Virus record (IMG/VR): IMGVR_UViG_3300035698_018280
Coordinates: 32,001-96,000 of that record
Reading direction: 5' to 3' (one strand)
DNA from: a virus
DNA length: 64,000 nucleotides
The notes under the pieces are model-generated. The model saw only the letters and a program-made list of their open reading frames with translations, made no database searches and had not been told where the DNA came from. How positions within the stretch are numbered: the first letter of the stretch is position 1; each line of letters opens with the position of its first letter. Below, piece after piece: positions 1 through 9,249 of this stretch. The position numbers and the translations under genes were made by a program.

Positions 1-9
1 TCGTTCTAT

Positions 10-492
10 TCACCAGTCAATGCTGCAATAATCGCAAAACTTACGAAGAGCATCATAAACCGCTCCATGTCCGCCATTATTAACAGACTGGTAATTCGAG
101 CAATCTACGACTTCAGGTATTGCATCTAATGGACAAGCAGTCCATTCTGCTCTTGACATAACTTCAACATCATTCTCTGCATCGCCAATATAGCCAAGCG
201 AAGACCATTCAAGACCCCTGGACTCCAATACTTGCTTCATCTCTTCAAATTTATTACGAATGCCTATATAGATCGTAAAGTCAAAGTCTAAGCATTTTTC
301 CACAATTATAGAGTCATCTGCAGAAGTCATAATCAGGATTTCGTAACCAAGCTGCCTCATGCGATTGAGCGCATAAAAATCTCGTGTATGAAATTTTTTA
401 GAGATAACACCTGCTTCATTCACCTGATAACAACCATCAGTAAGCGTGCCATCGACATCAACAGCAATCACCTGTACTTTGTCAAGATCCAT
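10..492 (-). CDS. kdsC: KdsC-family HAD phosphatase (KDO-8-P / KDN-9-P phosphatase-like)
   Basis: HAD motif I DVDGTLTDG, KKFHTRD, YIGDAENDV, C-terminal GGHGAV; directly downstream of neuB. Confidence 0.9.
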   Translation of the reverse strand: MDLDKVQVIAVDVDGTLTDGCYQVNEAGVISKKFHTRDFYALNRMRQLGYEILIMTSADDSIIVEKCLDFDFTIYIGIRNKFEEMKQVLESRGLEWSSLGYIGDAENDVEVMSRAEWTACPLDAIPEVVDCSNYQSVNNGGHGAVYDALRKFCDYCSIDW

Positions 493-1348
493 AGCCTTCT
501 CCGCTAAACTTCAACTTATTACGTTGAGATAGTTCTTCGTCGTCCATCGACTTGGGTTTGTTTTGCAATGCACGATGAACGGCCTTGAGATCCCTACAAA
601 GCTTCTGGAGGCCGCTGGGTTCGAGACTGGCGGCAGCATCAGTATGATTGAGTAATCGATCATCAACGAAGTGCCTCTCAATCCATTCCGCACCGATCAT
701 ATGCGCTGCTACGTCTATGGCGATGCCTTTACCGTGATTGCTGAATCCAATTTCAATTCCGTATTTTTTGAGCGGCTGCATTTTCTCAATTTCAAGTAGA
801 TACAAATCATCAAAATTACAAGGATATTTACTGGTGCAATGATAGTAAACGATACGATTGCCAATAGGTTTCATCCATTCAACAAGCTCAACAGTTTCTT
901 CAATAGTCGTCATCCCTGATGATATATGGATCTTGCCTGCGTACTCATCTCTCAGAATATTCATCATCTCCCAATGCTGATTGCAAGCGCTTGGTACTTT
1001 GATAAAATCAGGATCCAAAGAAATTATTTCTCTAGCAGAAGTAATATCCCAAACTGAAGTTGAATATGCAATGCCAATACTCTCGCAATACTCTTTTAGT
1101 TCAATATGCTCTTCTATACTTAATTCAAGATTCTGGCGATGTTGAAGATAGGTTTCTCCGTAAGAAAACATCTTATTCGGATGCGGTTTGTCCCTCATAT
1201 GTAGAGGAGTGCTTTCTGATGGGTTTCGCTTTTGCGTCTTGATATAATCTGCGCCGCACAATTTAGATAGATTTACAAGTTCTTTCGCTCTATCAATATC
1301 GCCAAGATGGACGCACCCAATCTCAGCTATTACTTTTGCTTGCTTCAT
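482..1348 (-). CDS. neuB: N-acetylneuraminate/nonulosonate(-9-phosphate) synthase, short form without the C-terminal AFP-like/SAF domain
   Basis: VIAEIGCVHLGD, GADYIKTQKR, IKVPSA, SSGMTT, YHCTSKYP, GFSNH, IERHF, TDAAASLEP; only 288 aa. Confidence 0.93.
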   Translation of the reverse strand: MKQAKVIAEIGCVHLGDIDRAKELVNLSKLCGADYIKTQKRNPSESTPLHMRDKPHPNKMFSYGETYLQHRQNLELSIEEHIELKEYCESIGIAYSTSVWDITSAREIISLDPDFIKVPSACNQHWEMMNILRDEYAGKIHISSGMTTIEETVELVEWMKPIGNRIVYYHCTSKYPCNFDDLYLLEIEKMQPLKKYGIEIGFSNHGKGIAIDVAAHMIGAEWIERHFVDDRLLNHTDAAASLEPSGLQKLCRDLKAVHRALQNKPKSMDDEELSQRNKLKFSGEGYGS

Positions 1349-2112
1349 GTTAGAAATCCCCCTTGAACTTCCGCCATCTTTTCCATGATTAGAAAGTCCT
1401 GTTCAGTATCAATTTGCATAGACTGAAATTGATCAGTCTCATATATCACTGGATTTCGTCCATATCGACCATGAGACTTGAATAAGTCAGCATCTACTGC
1501 GTAAACATTTCCGTTATCATGAAAGTAAAAGTCTTTTTCAGGTATATCTTGTCGCATAGGCCGCTCAAGATTGGAGTAATTAGCATAAGGCTTCCCATCT
1601 TTATCAAGCTGCCAGAAAAATGGAGTATGACGAGAAACAGTCAGGACGCTATCGGCCTCTTTATCTATCATCTTTTCCAGACACCGATCAATCAGCATAT
1701 TATTACGACATGGAGACGTAGGTTGAAGAAGAACAATATACCCAAAATCCATCTTATAAAGATCGCTAAGAACTTCAAGAGCATGAGTCATAGCATCTTC
1801 AGTTTTTGCTGTTGAGTTTGACAATTCATCTGGTCTAAGAATAGGATAAAGACAGAATTTTAGTTCAAGAGGTGTTGTTGTTTCGTCCAAAATATGCCAT
1901 TTTGCATGTGACTTATGAATCATTGCCGCTGAAATACATTTATCGCAGTTCGATGAAACAGCAGCTACGTCTATGTATTTGCTCATGGCAGCAGCTTCCA
2001 TGCTCCACCAAATAAGAGAACGTTTATAGATTTCTCGATAGTTCTTACCAGGGACACCTTGGCTATTAGCGCGCGCCGGTATTATTGCAACTACCTTTTT
2101 ACCATTTAACAC
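1345..2112 (-). CDS. neuA: CMP-nonulosonate synthetase (acylneuraminate cytidylyltransferase)
   Basis: AIIPARANSQGVPGKN, LLQPTSPCR, RQD, NGNVY, IDTEQDF. Confidence 0.92.
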   Translation of the reverse strand: MLNGKKVVAIIPARANSQGVPGKNYREIYKRSLIWWSMEAAAMSKYIDVAAVSSNCDKCISAAMIHKSHAKWHILDETTTPLELKFCLYPILRPDELSNSTAKTEDAMTHALEVLSDLYKMDFGYIVLLQPTSPCRNNMLIDRCLEKMIDKEADSVLTVSRHTPFFWQLDKDGKPYANYSNLERPMRQDIPEKDFYFHDNGNVYAVDADLFKSHGRYGRNPVIYETDQFQSMQIDTEQDFLIMEKMAEVQGGFLT

Positions 2113-2873
2113 TTTTTACGATCTCCGTATTTTTTAATGACATCTTGTAGATCCCAATTCTTACCAAAACACTTCAAGATACCGCCAGGCGATGCATAAA
2201 TTATATTTGCTTTATCTTTATTAGTTTCAGCAAATTTTTCCCAATACTCAATAAAGTCTACACAATGACTATCGACAGGAGAGCCATGCACCCTCCCTCG
2301 ATTGGGGCTAGAAAAAACTTCTCGGCCCTGATATTGATATCCTTTCTGTTCATTAGGGAATTGCCAGAAATATCGTTTGTTACCATGATAACAACAATCG
2401 CAGCCCAGCAATACGATCGGGTCACAGCCCATGATGTATGAAAAATGAATAGCTGTAGCAAGAGAAGTGCGAGCGCCAACAATCGGAGCCTCAGCATCTT
2501 TTGTTATCGTGCCTCCGCCTTTTCGCCATGCATTCTTGCTCGGCTCATACCAAGACTTGTGATTAAACAGAACAACTTCGTCAGGTCGGAAATGGTTTGT
2601 TGCGTTCTCTAGTTTTGTTTTAAAGAGCAACTTCGTAGAACGACTATTGCGAGCCGTTTCTCTGTAGTAATTCCAATATTGAACGCCATGATCATCAGTT
2701 ACAAAATAATCACAATCAGGTAATCTTTTTGGAACAACCAACATACCAGAATTTACAGCAAGAGTAACATAGTCTTTCAAAGGAGAGATATCTTGAAAAT
2801 GCAGCGAAGGCCCTGCTCCGATCACAAACCCCATCTTTCCTTTATGCTTATCTTGAAGGTCTGTCAGTTTCAT
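2106..2873 (-). CDS. DUF115/Maf-like putative nonulosonate transferase (paralog 2)
   Basis: GFVIGAGPSL, LAVNS, GARTSLATAIHFSYIMGCDPIVLLGCDC; adjacent to neuA. Confidence 0.7.
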   Translation of the reverse strand: MKLTDLQDKHKGKMGFVIGAGPSLHFQDISPLKDYVTLAVNSGMLVVPKRLPDCDYFVTDDHGVQYWNYYRETARNSRSTKLLFKTKLENATNHFRPDEVVLFNHKSWYEPSKNAWRKGGGTITKDAEAPIVGARTSLATAIHFSYIMGCDPIVLLGCDCCYHGNKRYFWQFPNEQKGYQYQGREVFSSPNRGRVHGSPVDSHCVDFIEYWEKFAETNKDKANIIYASPGGILKCFGKNWDLQDVIKKYGDRKKC

Positions 2874-3649
2874 TTTTTACGATCTTCGTATTTTTCTAGA
2901 ACTTCTTGCAATGTCATCGACGGAAATGAATCGATCAATCCTCCCTCAGATGCATAAATAATGTTTGCATCAGTGTTTGATTGTCGCAAACGGTTCCAAT
3001 ATTCATTGAAGTCGCAACAATGCTGGTCTACAGCCTTGCCTTTTATATGCCCTCGATCTGCTCTGCAATATGCTGGCTTAGAGCTTGTCAGCCTTACGGC
3101 TCTCTGTTCTCCTGGGAACTGCCAGAAGTATCGTTTGCCATGACGATAACAGGCGTCGCATCCAAGAAGTACAATAGGATCGCAGCCCATCAGATAGGCC
3201 AGATGAACGGCTGAGCCAGAAGAAGTACGAGCCCCTATGATTGGGACGGACGCATCTCGGCTCATTTCATAGCCTTCTAGGTTGTTTGCTTGAAAATCTG
3301 GATTGTGTCCTGATACATGATCGTACCACACAACTTCGTCCTTGCAAAAATGGTCAATCTCATTTACAAGCTTTTCCTTGAAGAGCAGCTTTATACATTT
3401 GCTCTTTTTGGCTGTAAGTTTGTAGTAGTTCCATTGATTTGCAGCGGTATCATCAGTTACAAAATAATCGCAATCAGGCATCTTGAGAATACCAGAATTG
3501 ACTCCAAATGTAACGTAATCGCCAAGAGCGGAAGTATCTTGAAAGTGTAGAGATGGTCCAGCGCCGAGAATGAAAGCCATCTTGTTGAGATGAAAACCTT
3601 CAAATTCCTTAAGGTTTTTAGTCAAATTCGATGAATTCGCCTCGCGCAT
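2870..3649 (-). CDS. DUF115/Maf-like putative nonulosonate transferase (paralog 1)
   Basis: AFILGAGPSL, FGVNS, GARTSSGSAVHLAYLMGCDPIVLLGCDA; clear paralog of 2106..2873; the real start may be the TTG at 3625. Confidence 0.7.
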   Translation of the reverse strand: MREANSSNLTKNLKEFEGFHLNKMAFILGAGPSLHFQDTSALGDYVTFGVNSGILKMPDCDYFVTDDTAANQWNYYKLTAKKSKCIKLLFKEKLVNEIDHFCKDEVVWYDHVSGHNPDFQANNLEGYEMSRDASVPIIGARTSSGSAVHLAYLMGCDPIVLLGCDACYRHGKRYFWQFPGEQRAVRLTSSKPAYCRADRGHIKGKAVDQHCCDFNEYWNRLRQSNTDANIIYASEGGLIDSFPSMTLQEVLEKYEDRKK

Positions 3650-4031
3650 TGATCTCGATCTCTATAGCAATATTATCTTCTTCGGCTGATTTTGCTTTCT
3701 CTATATCGCTATCAGGTATAGAATCAAAATAAACAACAAATTGTAGCAGGTATAAATGTTTAGTAGCATGATAAGAGGCTCGACGAACAAAGCATTCCTG
3801 CTCATTATTACCGACCCTCAAAATAGCTGTTGCGCTAATATCGAAAGGTTCTGTAGCTATCGCTCCTTTCAAAGGAGGCCCTAGCTTGTCTTGCTCATTT
3901 ACGTCTATCCACGCCTCATAAATAACCTGTTTGCTATCCCAGTCTACTTTGAGGTTTCTCATTTTGCTGAGCGCTATTTCTCTTTCTCGCAAAATAATAT
4001 AATCGTTCGCTTTCGGTATGAATATTTTCAT
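3618..4031 (-). CDS. hypothetical protein
   Basis: 137-aa ORF in operon context; ends RGEFIEFD. Confidence 0.7.
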   Translation of the reverse strand: MKIFIPKANDYIILREREIALSKMRNLKVDWDSKQVIYEAWIDVNEQDKLGPPLKGAIATEPFDISATAILRVGNNEQECFVRRASYHATKHLYLLQFVVYFDSIPDSDIEKAKSAEEDNIAIEIEINARGEFIEFD

Positions 4032-4040
4032 TACTACATC

Positions 4041-4241
4041 TCATTCTAGATCAAGAAACTCCCCGCGAGAAGTTTCATTAGATAGTTTATCTATCTCTTT
4101 TTGTAATCTTTTAGCTTTATCTTCTAATACTTTCTCTTTCTTTTCTTTATAAGAAAGCAGTCCTCGGTCTTTATCATGTTGATCCATTTCAACGATCTGA
4201 TGTCCAACAACTTTCATTTTTTTAATATTGCCATATGACAT
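4041..4241 (-). CDS. small hypothetical protein
   Basis: 66-aa ORF coupled (TAATG) to the upstream methyltransferase; ends RGEFLDLE. Confidence 0.65.
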   Translation of the reverse strand: MSYGNIKKMKVVGHQIVEMDQHDKDRGLLSYKEKKEKVLEDKAKRLQKEIDKLSNETSRGEFLDLE

Positions 4242-5275
4242 TATTCTTTTTCCGCGAAAAGATCTTGTTCTTTAAACATGTTCTCAGGAGATGTTTTCAT
4301 TAACCTACCATTACATTCCTTTAAGAACTTACTGTTAACTTCAATTCCCTTGAAGTGCCTACCATGCCTTAAGCACGCAACCCCTGTTGTAGCTAATCCC
4401 ATAAACGGGTCTAAAATAATTGGCTTTTCATAGCTATCAGTCGGAGTAGGACATTCCCAACCAATATGGGTTATTTCTGTAAGGTGCCTACCTATGTCTC
4501 TCAAAGCTTTGCCGGTAATCTCTTTCTTAGACTTCGTGCCAGAGCGAGTAGCGTATCGCTTCCTATCAACAATTCGTATCGCTGGTTGTCCTGTAGTAGG
4601 GTGTACGCCTTTATCGCTTGTTCCTGCCCTCGTCATGATCTCAGCTAAAAGCGGAGGAAAAGTAGAGCAATGCGAAGACCAGTTTTTTCGAGTAGGAACG
4701 TCTAATACCCAATAATCTTCTTCTGGCTCTAAAACAATAGAATCACCATTGCGAAACAAACGGGTTGTAAGGCCAGCTTGCTCTTTGGCTGAAAACTGAT
4801 CATAGTAATAATCGTTTTTGTTCTTTGCAAACATCATAACGACTTCTAAATTATCATTTGGTCTCTTAGCTCCGCCTCTAGGTATTCCGTTGCGCTTCAA
4901 CCATGGAAACCATTGTTTCTGAAACCAACCATGCTTCTTCATGCTTTCCGCAAATAAAAACGGAATATTCATAACATTACCATCAAAAACACGGTCTCCC
5001 ATGTTGACCCATAGCGTTCCATCATCACGAAGGACATTACTAACTTCATCAAAAGCTTCGCAAACATTAAAGATATAGCCATCTAAGGTATCTTCATTAC
5101 CTAGCTGTTCAACATCCCCGTAATCTCGTTGTTTCCAGTAGGGAGGACTGGTTATACAAGAATGAACGCTTTGTTTCTCAAACTCTTTTGGCAAAACATT
5201 TCGAAGATCACCTTCGTAAAGATCAAATTTACCCTGCTCACTATAACTTGTCGCCATAAGGTATCCCCATATCAT
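4241..5275 (-). CDS. DNA methyltransferase (N4-C/N6-A, beta class)
   Basis: Catalytic TSPPY near the N-terminus, SAM-binding LDPFMG near the C-terminus; start may be the ATG at 5257. Confidence 0.9.
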   Translation of the reverse strand: MIWGYLMATSYSEQGKFDLYEGDLRNVLPKEFEKQSVHSCITSPPYWKQRDYGDVEQLGNEDTLDGYIFNVCEAFDEVSNVLRDDGTLWVNMGDRVFDGNVMNIPFLFAESMKKHGWFQKQWFPWLKRNGIPRGGAKRPNDNLEVVMMFAKNKNDYYYDQFSAKEQAGLTTRLFRNGDSIVLEPEEDYWVLDVPTRKNWSSHCSTFPPLLAEIMTRAGTSDKGVHPTTGQPAIRIVDRKRYATRSGTKSKKEITGKALRDIGRHLTEITHIGWECPTPTDSYEKPIILDPFMGLATTGVACLRHGRHFKGIEVNSKFLKECNGRLMKTSPENMFKEQDLFAEKE

Positions 5276-5558
5276 CTCTCCCGAACAGCGTCGGCAACCT
5301 ATTGAAGTTAATCAGGTTATCATTTTCCGACATCGATTCTATCGCTTTCAAATACAACGATACAAGAATCGAATCATCTACATCTTTGTCTTCTACCTGC
5401 ATAAGTAATTCATTGGCCTCGGCAACCATGCTGATAGAATACTCGCCTTTTCCTTCGATTCGAAAACCAAACTCAAAATAGAGTTTCAAGAAGTTTCTCA
5501 TTAGTTCTCTAGATACTTTTCTTAGATGGTCATCATAAAAAGGATTGATTTTATCCAT
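5241..5558 (-). CDS. hypothetical protein
   Basis: 105-aa ORF in operon context. Confidence 0.65.
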   Translation of the reverse strand: MDKINPFYDDHLRKVSRELMRNFLKLYFEFGFRIEGKGEYSISMVAEANELLMQVEDKDVDDSILVSLYLKAIESMSENDNLINFNRLPTLFGRDDMGIPYGDKL

Positions 5559-5562
5559 AGCT

Positions 5563-5862
5563 TCAGTGTATCCTGCTACCTAGCGCCTGAACTGGAACAC
5601 TAATGATGTCAAGTCCATCTTTCTTACATCTGTCAACAATCTCGATATAGAGTTCCCAAAGCTCATCCCATTCACATTCGCTATCCAACGAAGCATCTAA
5701 TGCCATTACAAGTCTGGTAATATCAGAATCAAATTGATATTTAGTCAAATGGAAAAATTTCATAACAGCCATAAGGTGTTGCAGTCCTGCAAACATAACA
5801 TGAGCCTGAATTTTATTTTCCTCTCCAAGTTCTTCAAGTAAATGTTTCAAAGTTTTTGACAT
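5563..5862 (-). CDS. hypothetical protein
   Basis: 99-aa ORF in operon context. Confidence 0.65.
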   Translation of the reverse strand: MSKTLKHLLEELGEENKIQAHVMFAGLQHLMAVMKFFHLTKYQFDSDITRLVMALDASLDSECEWDELWELYIEIVDRCKKDGLDIISVPVQALGSRIH

Positions 5863-5871
5863 AGTTATTCT

Positions 5872-7809
5872 CTAAGCTCTTATTCGCTTTACTTTATCAA
5901 GCACATTTGCTTCCTTAAGAAAACGACTTGGCTTAACAGGGACGTTGTATACGCCCTTATTGCGATTTCTCTTAGTCCTTGTAGTCGGAAAAGTTAATAT
6001 CAAACGTTCTTTTGCTCTTGTCATTCCGACATATGCCAAACGTCTTTCTTCATCTGGTTGCCCATCATTTTCTTGGAGAGACATAGCATGAGGCAAGGTT
6101 CCTTCGTCCATACATGGCATAAAAACAACAGGAAATTCTAGTCCCTTTGATGAATGTATTGTCATGAGAGAGACAGCATCTTCAACAGCGTCTTTATCCA
6201 AACTTGATTGCAAAGAAATTTTATTGATGTATCCGGCTAAATCTCCGCCATTGCTACTAAAGTTAGATGCTGATACGAAAAGTTCTTGCAAATTCTCTGA
6301 TCTATTTTTCATAGAATCTTCGTCATTATCTTCCAGATATTTAACATATTCAAGAGATGTAATGAATTCCTCCATAATATCACCTATCTGAAATCCGCTA
6401 AAGTCTTTAGAGAACAAGTCGGCCATCATCTTGAGGCTTTTGTGTATCAAAAGGCTGTTGGCACCCTTGATATATTCGTCGCCTCTTTTCATAGCCTCAA
6501 GCATATTTAGTTTATTTTGAGAAGCAAACTTTTCAATCTTACCAAGCGTTCCCTGTCCGATTTTACGACTAGGCTTGTTGATGAATCTAGCAAGTGCAAT
6601 GCCGTCCTTTGGATTGTTATAGAATCTAAGCATTGCCAAGCAATCCTTAATTTCCATACGATCAAAGAAACTAAAGGCCCCAAAAACCTGATAGTTAACT
6701 CCGCTAGCCATAAGACCGGCCTCGATAGCGCGAGACATAGCATTCGTTCGATACAAGATAGCGCAATCATGCAGCTTGTAGCCTTCTTTCATCGCCATCC
6801 GCTTTACTGCCTTGCCAAGCCATCGACCTTCTTCGTCAGGAGAATCGAAGCAGAAGCTATCAATAGCCTTGCCCTCATCATTGACTGTATCAAAGTCAAC
6901 ATTCTCTCTATTGCTATTAAAACCTATCAATCGACCGGCAGTCTTTACAATTGTTTTTGTTGAGCGATAATTAATAGGCAAACGAATAACCTCTGCTTCA
7001 AAATTAGTAATGAAGTCCTGAATGTTTTCAAAACGAGCGCCTCGCCAGCCATAGATCGATTGATCTGGATCTCCGACCATAAAGACATTACCAGATTCGC
7101 CAAGTTTTTCGACAAGTCTAAACTGAGCCAAGTTTGTATCTTGAGCTTCATCTACCTGGAGAATATCAAAACGCTCCTGCAGTTTGCATAGAATTTCTCT
7201 ATCTTTCTCAAACAATTTTATGGTTTCAGAAAGAAGACCGCTAAAATCAACACGATTTGTTCTTTGCAGGCATGAAATATATTCGCGAGCGATGGCTGTA
7301 TGAGATGGAATATCAAAGTAATCTTCAAATTCGCTTGACTCTGGATCTGCAAGCTTTTCTCTTGCATCGCTAGTTGCCCATAGAATTTTGCGAACCTCAT
7401 ACGCTCCAAGTTCATGTTCAAGCTGTCGAGCGCATTGAGCCATAAGAGACTCCTGGTCGTCAGAAGCAAGAATAGTCATATTCTTGTCGTACCCAAGATA
7501 TGCACCGAATTTGCGTAGAATTTTCGCGCACAACGTATGGAAAGTGCTGATATGAACTTTTTTCGCATCCTCTCCAATTAACGAAACAAGACGGTTCTGC
7601 ATTTCATTAGCAGCCTTGTTGGTGAAAGTTATACAAAGAATGTTCTTGGGTTCAAAGTTTTGTTCTATTAATCGAGCGCATCGCTCGACAATAACTCTGG
7701 TTTTACCTGATCCAGGGCACGCAGAAACAAAACACGCTCCCCAAACATGATTGACAGCTTTGCGTTGTTCGTCATTAAGATTTACTTTTGTTCTTGTCAT
7801 TGCAGCCAT
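5872..7809 (-). CDS. uvrD: UvrD/PcrA/Rep SF1A DNA helicase
   Basis: ACPGSGKT, TFTNKAANEM, VDEAQDTN, VGDPDQSIYGWRGA, NYRS, TIHSSKGLEF, EERRLAYVGMTRA. Confidence 0.95.
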   Translation of the reverse strand: MAAMTRTKVNLNDEQRKAVNHVWGACFVSACPGSGKTRVIVERCARLIEQNFEPKNILCITFTNKAANEMQNRLVSLIGEDAKKVHISTFHTLCAKILRKFGAYLGYDKNMTILASDDQESLMAQCARQLEHELGAYEVRKILWATSDAREKLADPESSEFEDYFDIPSHTAIAREYISCLQRTNRVDFSGLLSETIKLFEKDREILCKLQERFDILQVDEAQDTNLAQFRLVEKLGESGNVFMVGDPDQSIYGWRGARFENIQDFITNFEAEVIRLPINYRSTKTIVKTAGRLIGFNSNRENVDFDTVNDEGKAIDSFCFDSPDEEGRWLGKAVKRMAMKEGYKLHDCAILYRTNAMSRAIEAGLMASGVNYQVFGAFSFFDRMEIKDCLAMLRFYNNPKDGIALARFINKPSRKIGQGTLGKIEKFASQNKLNMLEAMKRGDEYIKGANSLLIHKSLKMMADLFSKDFSGFQIGDIMEEFITSLEYVKYLEDNDEDSMKNRSENLQELFVSASNFSSNGGDLAGYINKISLQSSLDKDAVEDAVSLMTIHSSKGLEFPVVFMPCMDEGTLPHAMSLQENDGQPDEERRLAYVGMTRAKERLILTFPTTRTKRNRNKGVYNVPVKPSRFLKEANVLDKVKRIRA

Positions 7810-8209
7810 TACATCCCTTATTAGCTTTCTTCGGCAATTTTGGTCCCATTGGACGCCTTCTTACACCTTGCATCATCTTGTGAGGAGGATCATTTAACGC
7901 TTCCTTAGCTTCTATGATTTCCTGCATAATTACTAACGGAGAAGTGAAACCTATTCTATTATAAAACACTTTGTCTTCTTCCTCATAAGCCTGTATGTGA
8001 GGAAGCTCATCAACGCCATGCTTATCGCAAAGTTTTTGCGTTTCATCAGCCATTGCATCAATCCATTTATAACTAATCGAATGCATATCGAAAGCTCTTT
8101 TGAGCTTATCGCATTTTTCGCAATCATCCGATCCGAATAATCTAATTATAATTATATTATTCTTCAATGCTCTGTATTTCTTTGGCCGCACTGAGTACAT
8201 CACTTGCAA
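7775..8209 (-). CDS. glutaredoxin/thioredoxin-fold protein
   Basis: CEKC motif after a hydrophobic strand, GVDELPHI cis-Pro region; start uncertain. Confidence 0.65.
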   Translation of the reverse strand: MQVMYSVRPKKYRALKNNIIIIRLFGSDDCEKCDKLKRAFDMHSISYKWIDAMADETQKLCDKHGVDELPHIQAYEEEDKVFYNRIGFTSPLVIMQEIIEAKEALNDPPHKMMQGVRRRPMGPKLPKKANKGCNGCNDKNKSKS

Positions 8210-8528
8210 AGAGATCAGCCTGCTTTTTGCAATCTTCGATTTCTGCTTCTACTTCTTTTTTCTTTTCAAGATCAATCTCTGGCTCAACCTTGGTAACTTC
8301 GCCTTCAACCTTGAACATAATTTCTTTACCGACCATCGCGGTGCAGTGTTCATGAAGATGAATAGGATCGACTTTATTCGGATCGATACCTACGCTATTG
8401 AGGTAGTCAACGCTTGGCCAACAGTAGGACTGTTCTTTTTCTGTATCTAGATCAAAAATAACGAAGACAATAAGGTCATTCTTTTCCTGATACTTCGCTC
8501 CCAATATCTTTGCTCTCATTTGGTTCAC
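8157..8528 (-). CDS. hypothetical protein
   Basis: 123-aa ORF; contains QADLF near the C-terminus. Confidence 0.65.
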   Translation of the reverse strand: MNQMRAKILGAKYQEKNDLIVFVIFDLDTEKEQSYCWPSVDYLNSVGIDPNKVDPIHLHEHCTAMVGKEIMFKVEGEVTKVEPEIDLEKKKEVEAEIEDCKKQADLFASDVLSAAKEIQSIEE

Positions 8529-9240
8529 CCTGAAACTTTCTCAAGCCTTCTATAGACTGTTTAATGATAGATTGCTTTTGTTTTTTATTACCATGCTCTC
8601 GCATTTCGCTTATAGCTTCCATGCCCTCGTCTCCTATGAGATGAATAAGAACATGCTCGTAATAATGTCTGTAAGAACCGCCAAAACCGTCATGAATATC
8701 TTCATCTTTAATTCCTAGACTCTTCTCGGAATTTCGAATAAGACTCCATACGCTATCTAGATTCTTCTTAGTAAATTTTTTGTCGCCAACTGTCGAAACT
8801 AAACCGCATTGATCTTTTGTATTTGGATAGATAACTTTTAGTCTTTCATAGCGAGGCTTCCATTCCTCTTCCGGAGTTATACCATAGATACGACAATTGA
8901 ATGGACGAGTTTCATGTTGTCCGCAAAGTTTGGTTTCAGAATCCCAAAAAACACATCCCTGTCGATGTTCTTCAAAAAGATATGCATTAAAACATGCTTC
9001 TACTAATTCAACAACATCCTCATCAGACCAGTTATTTTTGATGAAATCCCATGTATTGCGAAATTCAACATAAAGAACTTGGGGATTCTGAGACTGGCAA
9101 CACCAGGCACCGCACCCGCCTTCCGAAGGAGCTAGTTTTAAGTTTTTTATACAACCTTCAGTTTCAGGTATTTTAGAATAAATATACTCTAAAACCTTAC
9201 GAGAATCTTCAAGTCGAGTTGGCTTTTTGATTTTAGACAT
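8476..9240 (-). CDS. YkgJ-family (CxxCxxCC) Fe-S/Zn cluster protein
   Basis: GC...GCGAWCC, GCVFWD..TKLC..HETRPFNCRIYG. Confidence 0.8.
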   Translation of the reverse strand: MSKIKKPTRLEDSRKVLEYIYSKIPETEGCIKNLKLAPSEGGCGAWCCQSQNPQVLYVEFRNTWDFIKNNWSDEDVVELVEACFNAYLFEEHRQGCVFWDSETKLCGQHETRPFNCRIYGITPEEEWKPRYERLKVIYPNTKDQCGLVSTVGDKKFTKKNLDSVWSLIRNSEKSLGIKDEDIHDGFGGSYRHYYEHVLIHLIGDEGMEAISEMREHGNKKQKQSIIKQSIEGLRKFQGEPNESKDIGSEVSGKE

Positions 9241-9249
9241 AAATATTGA

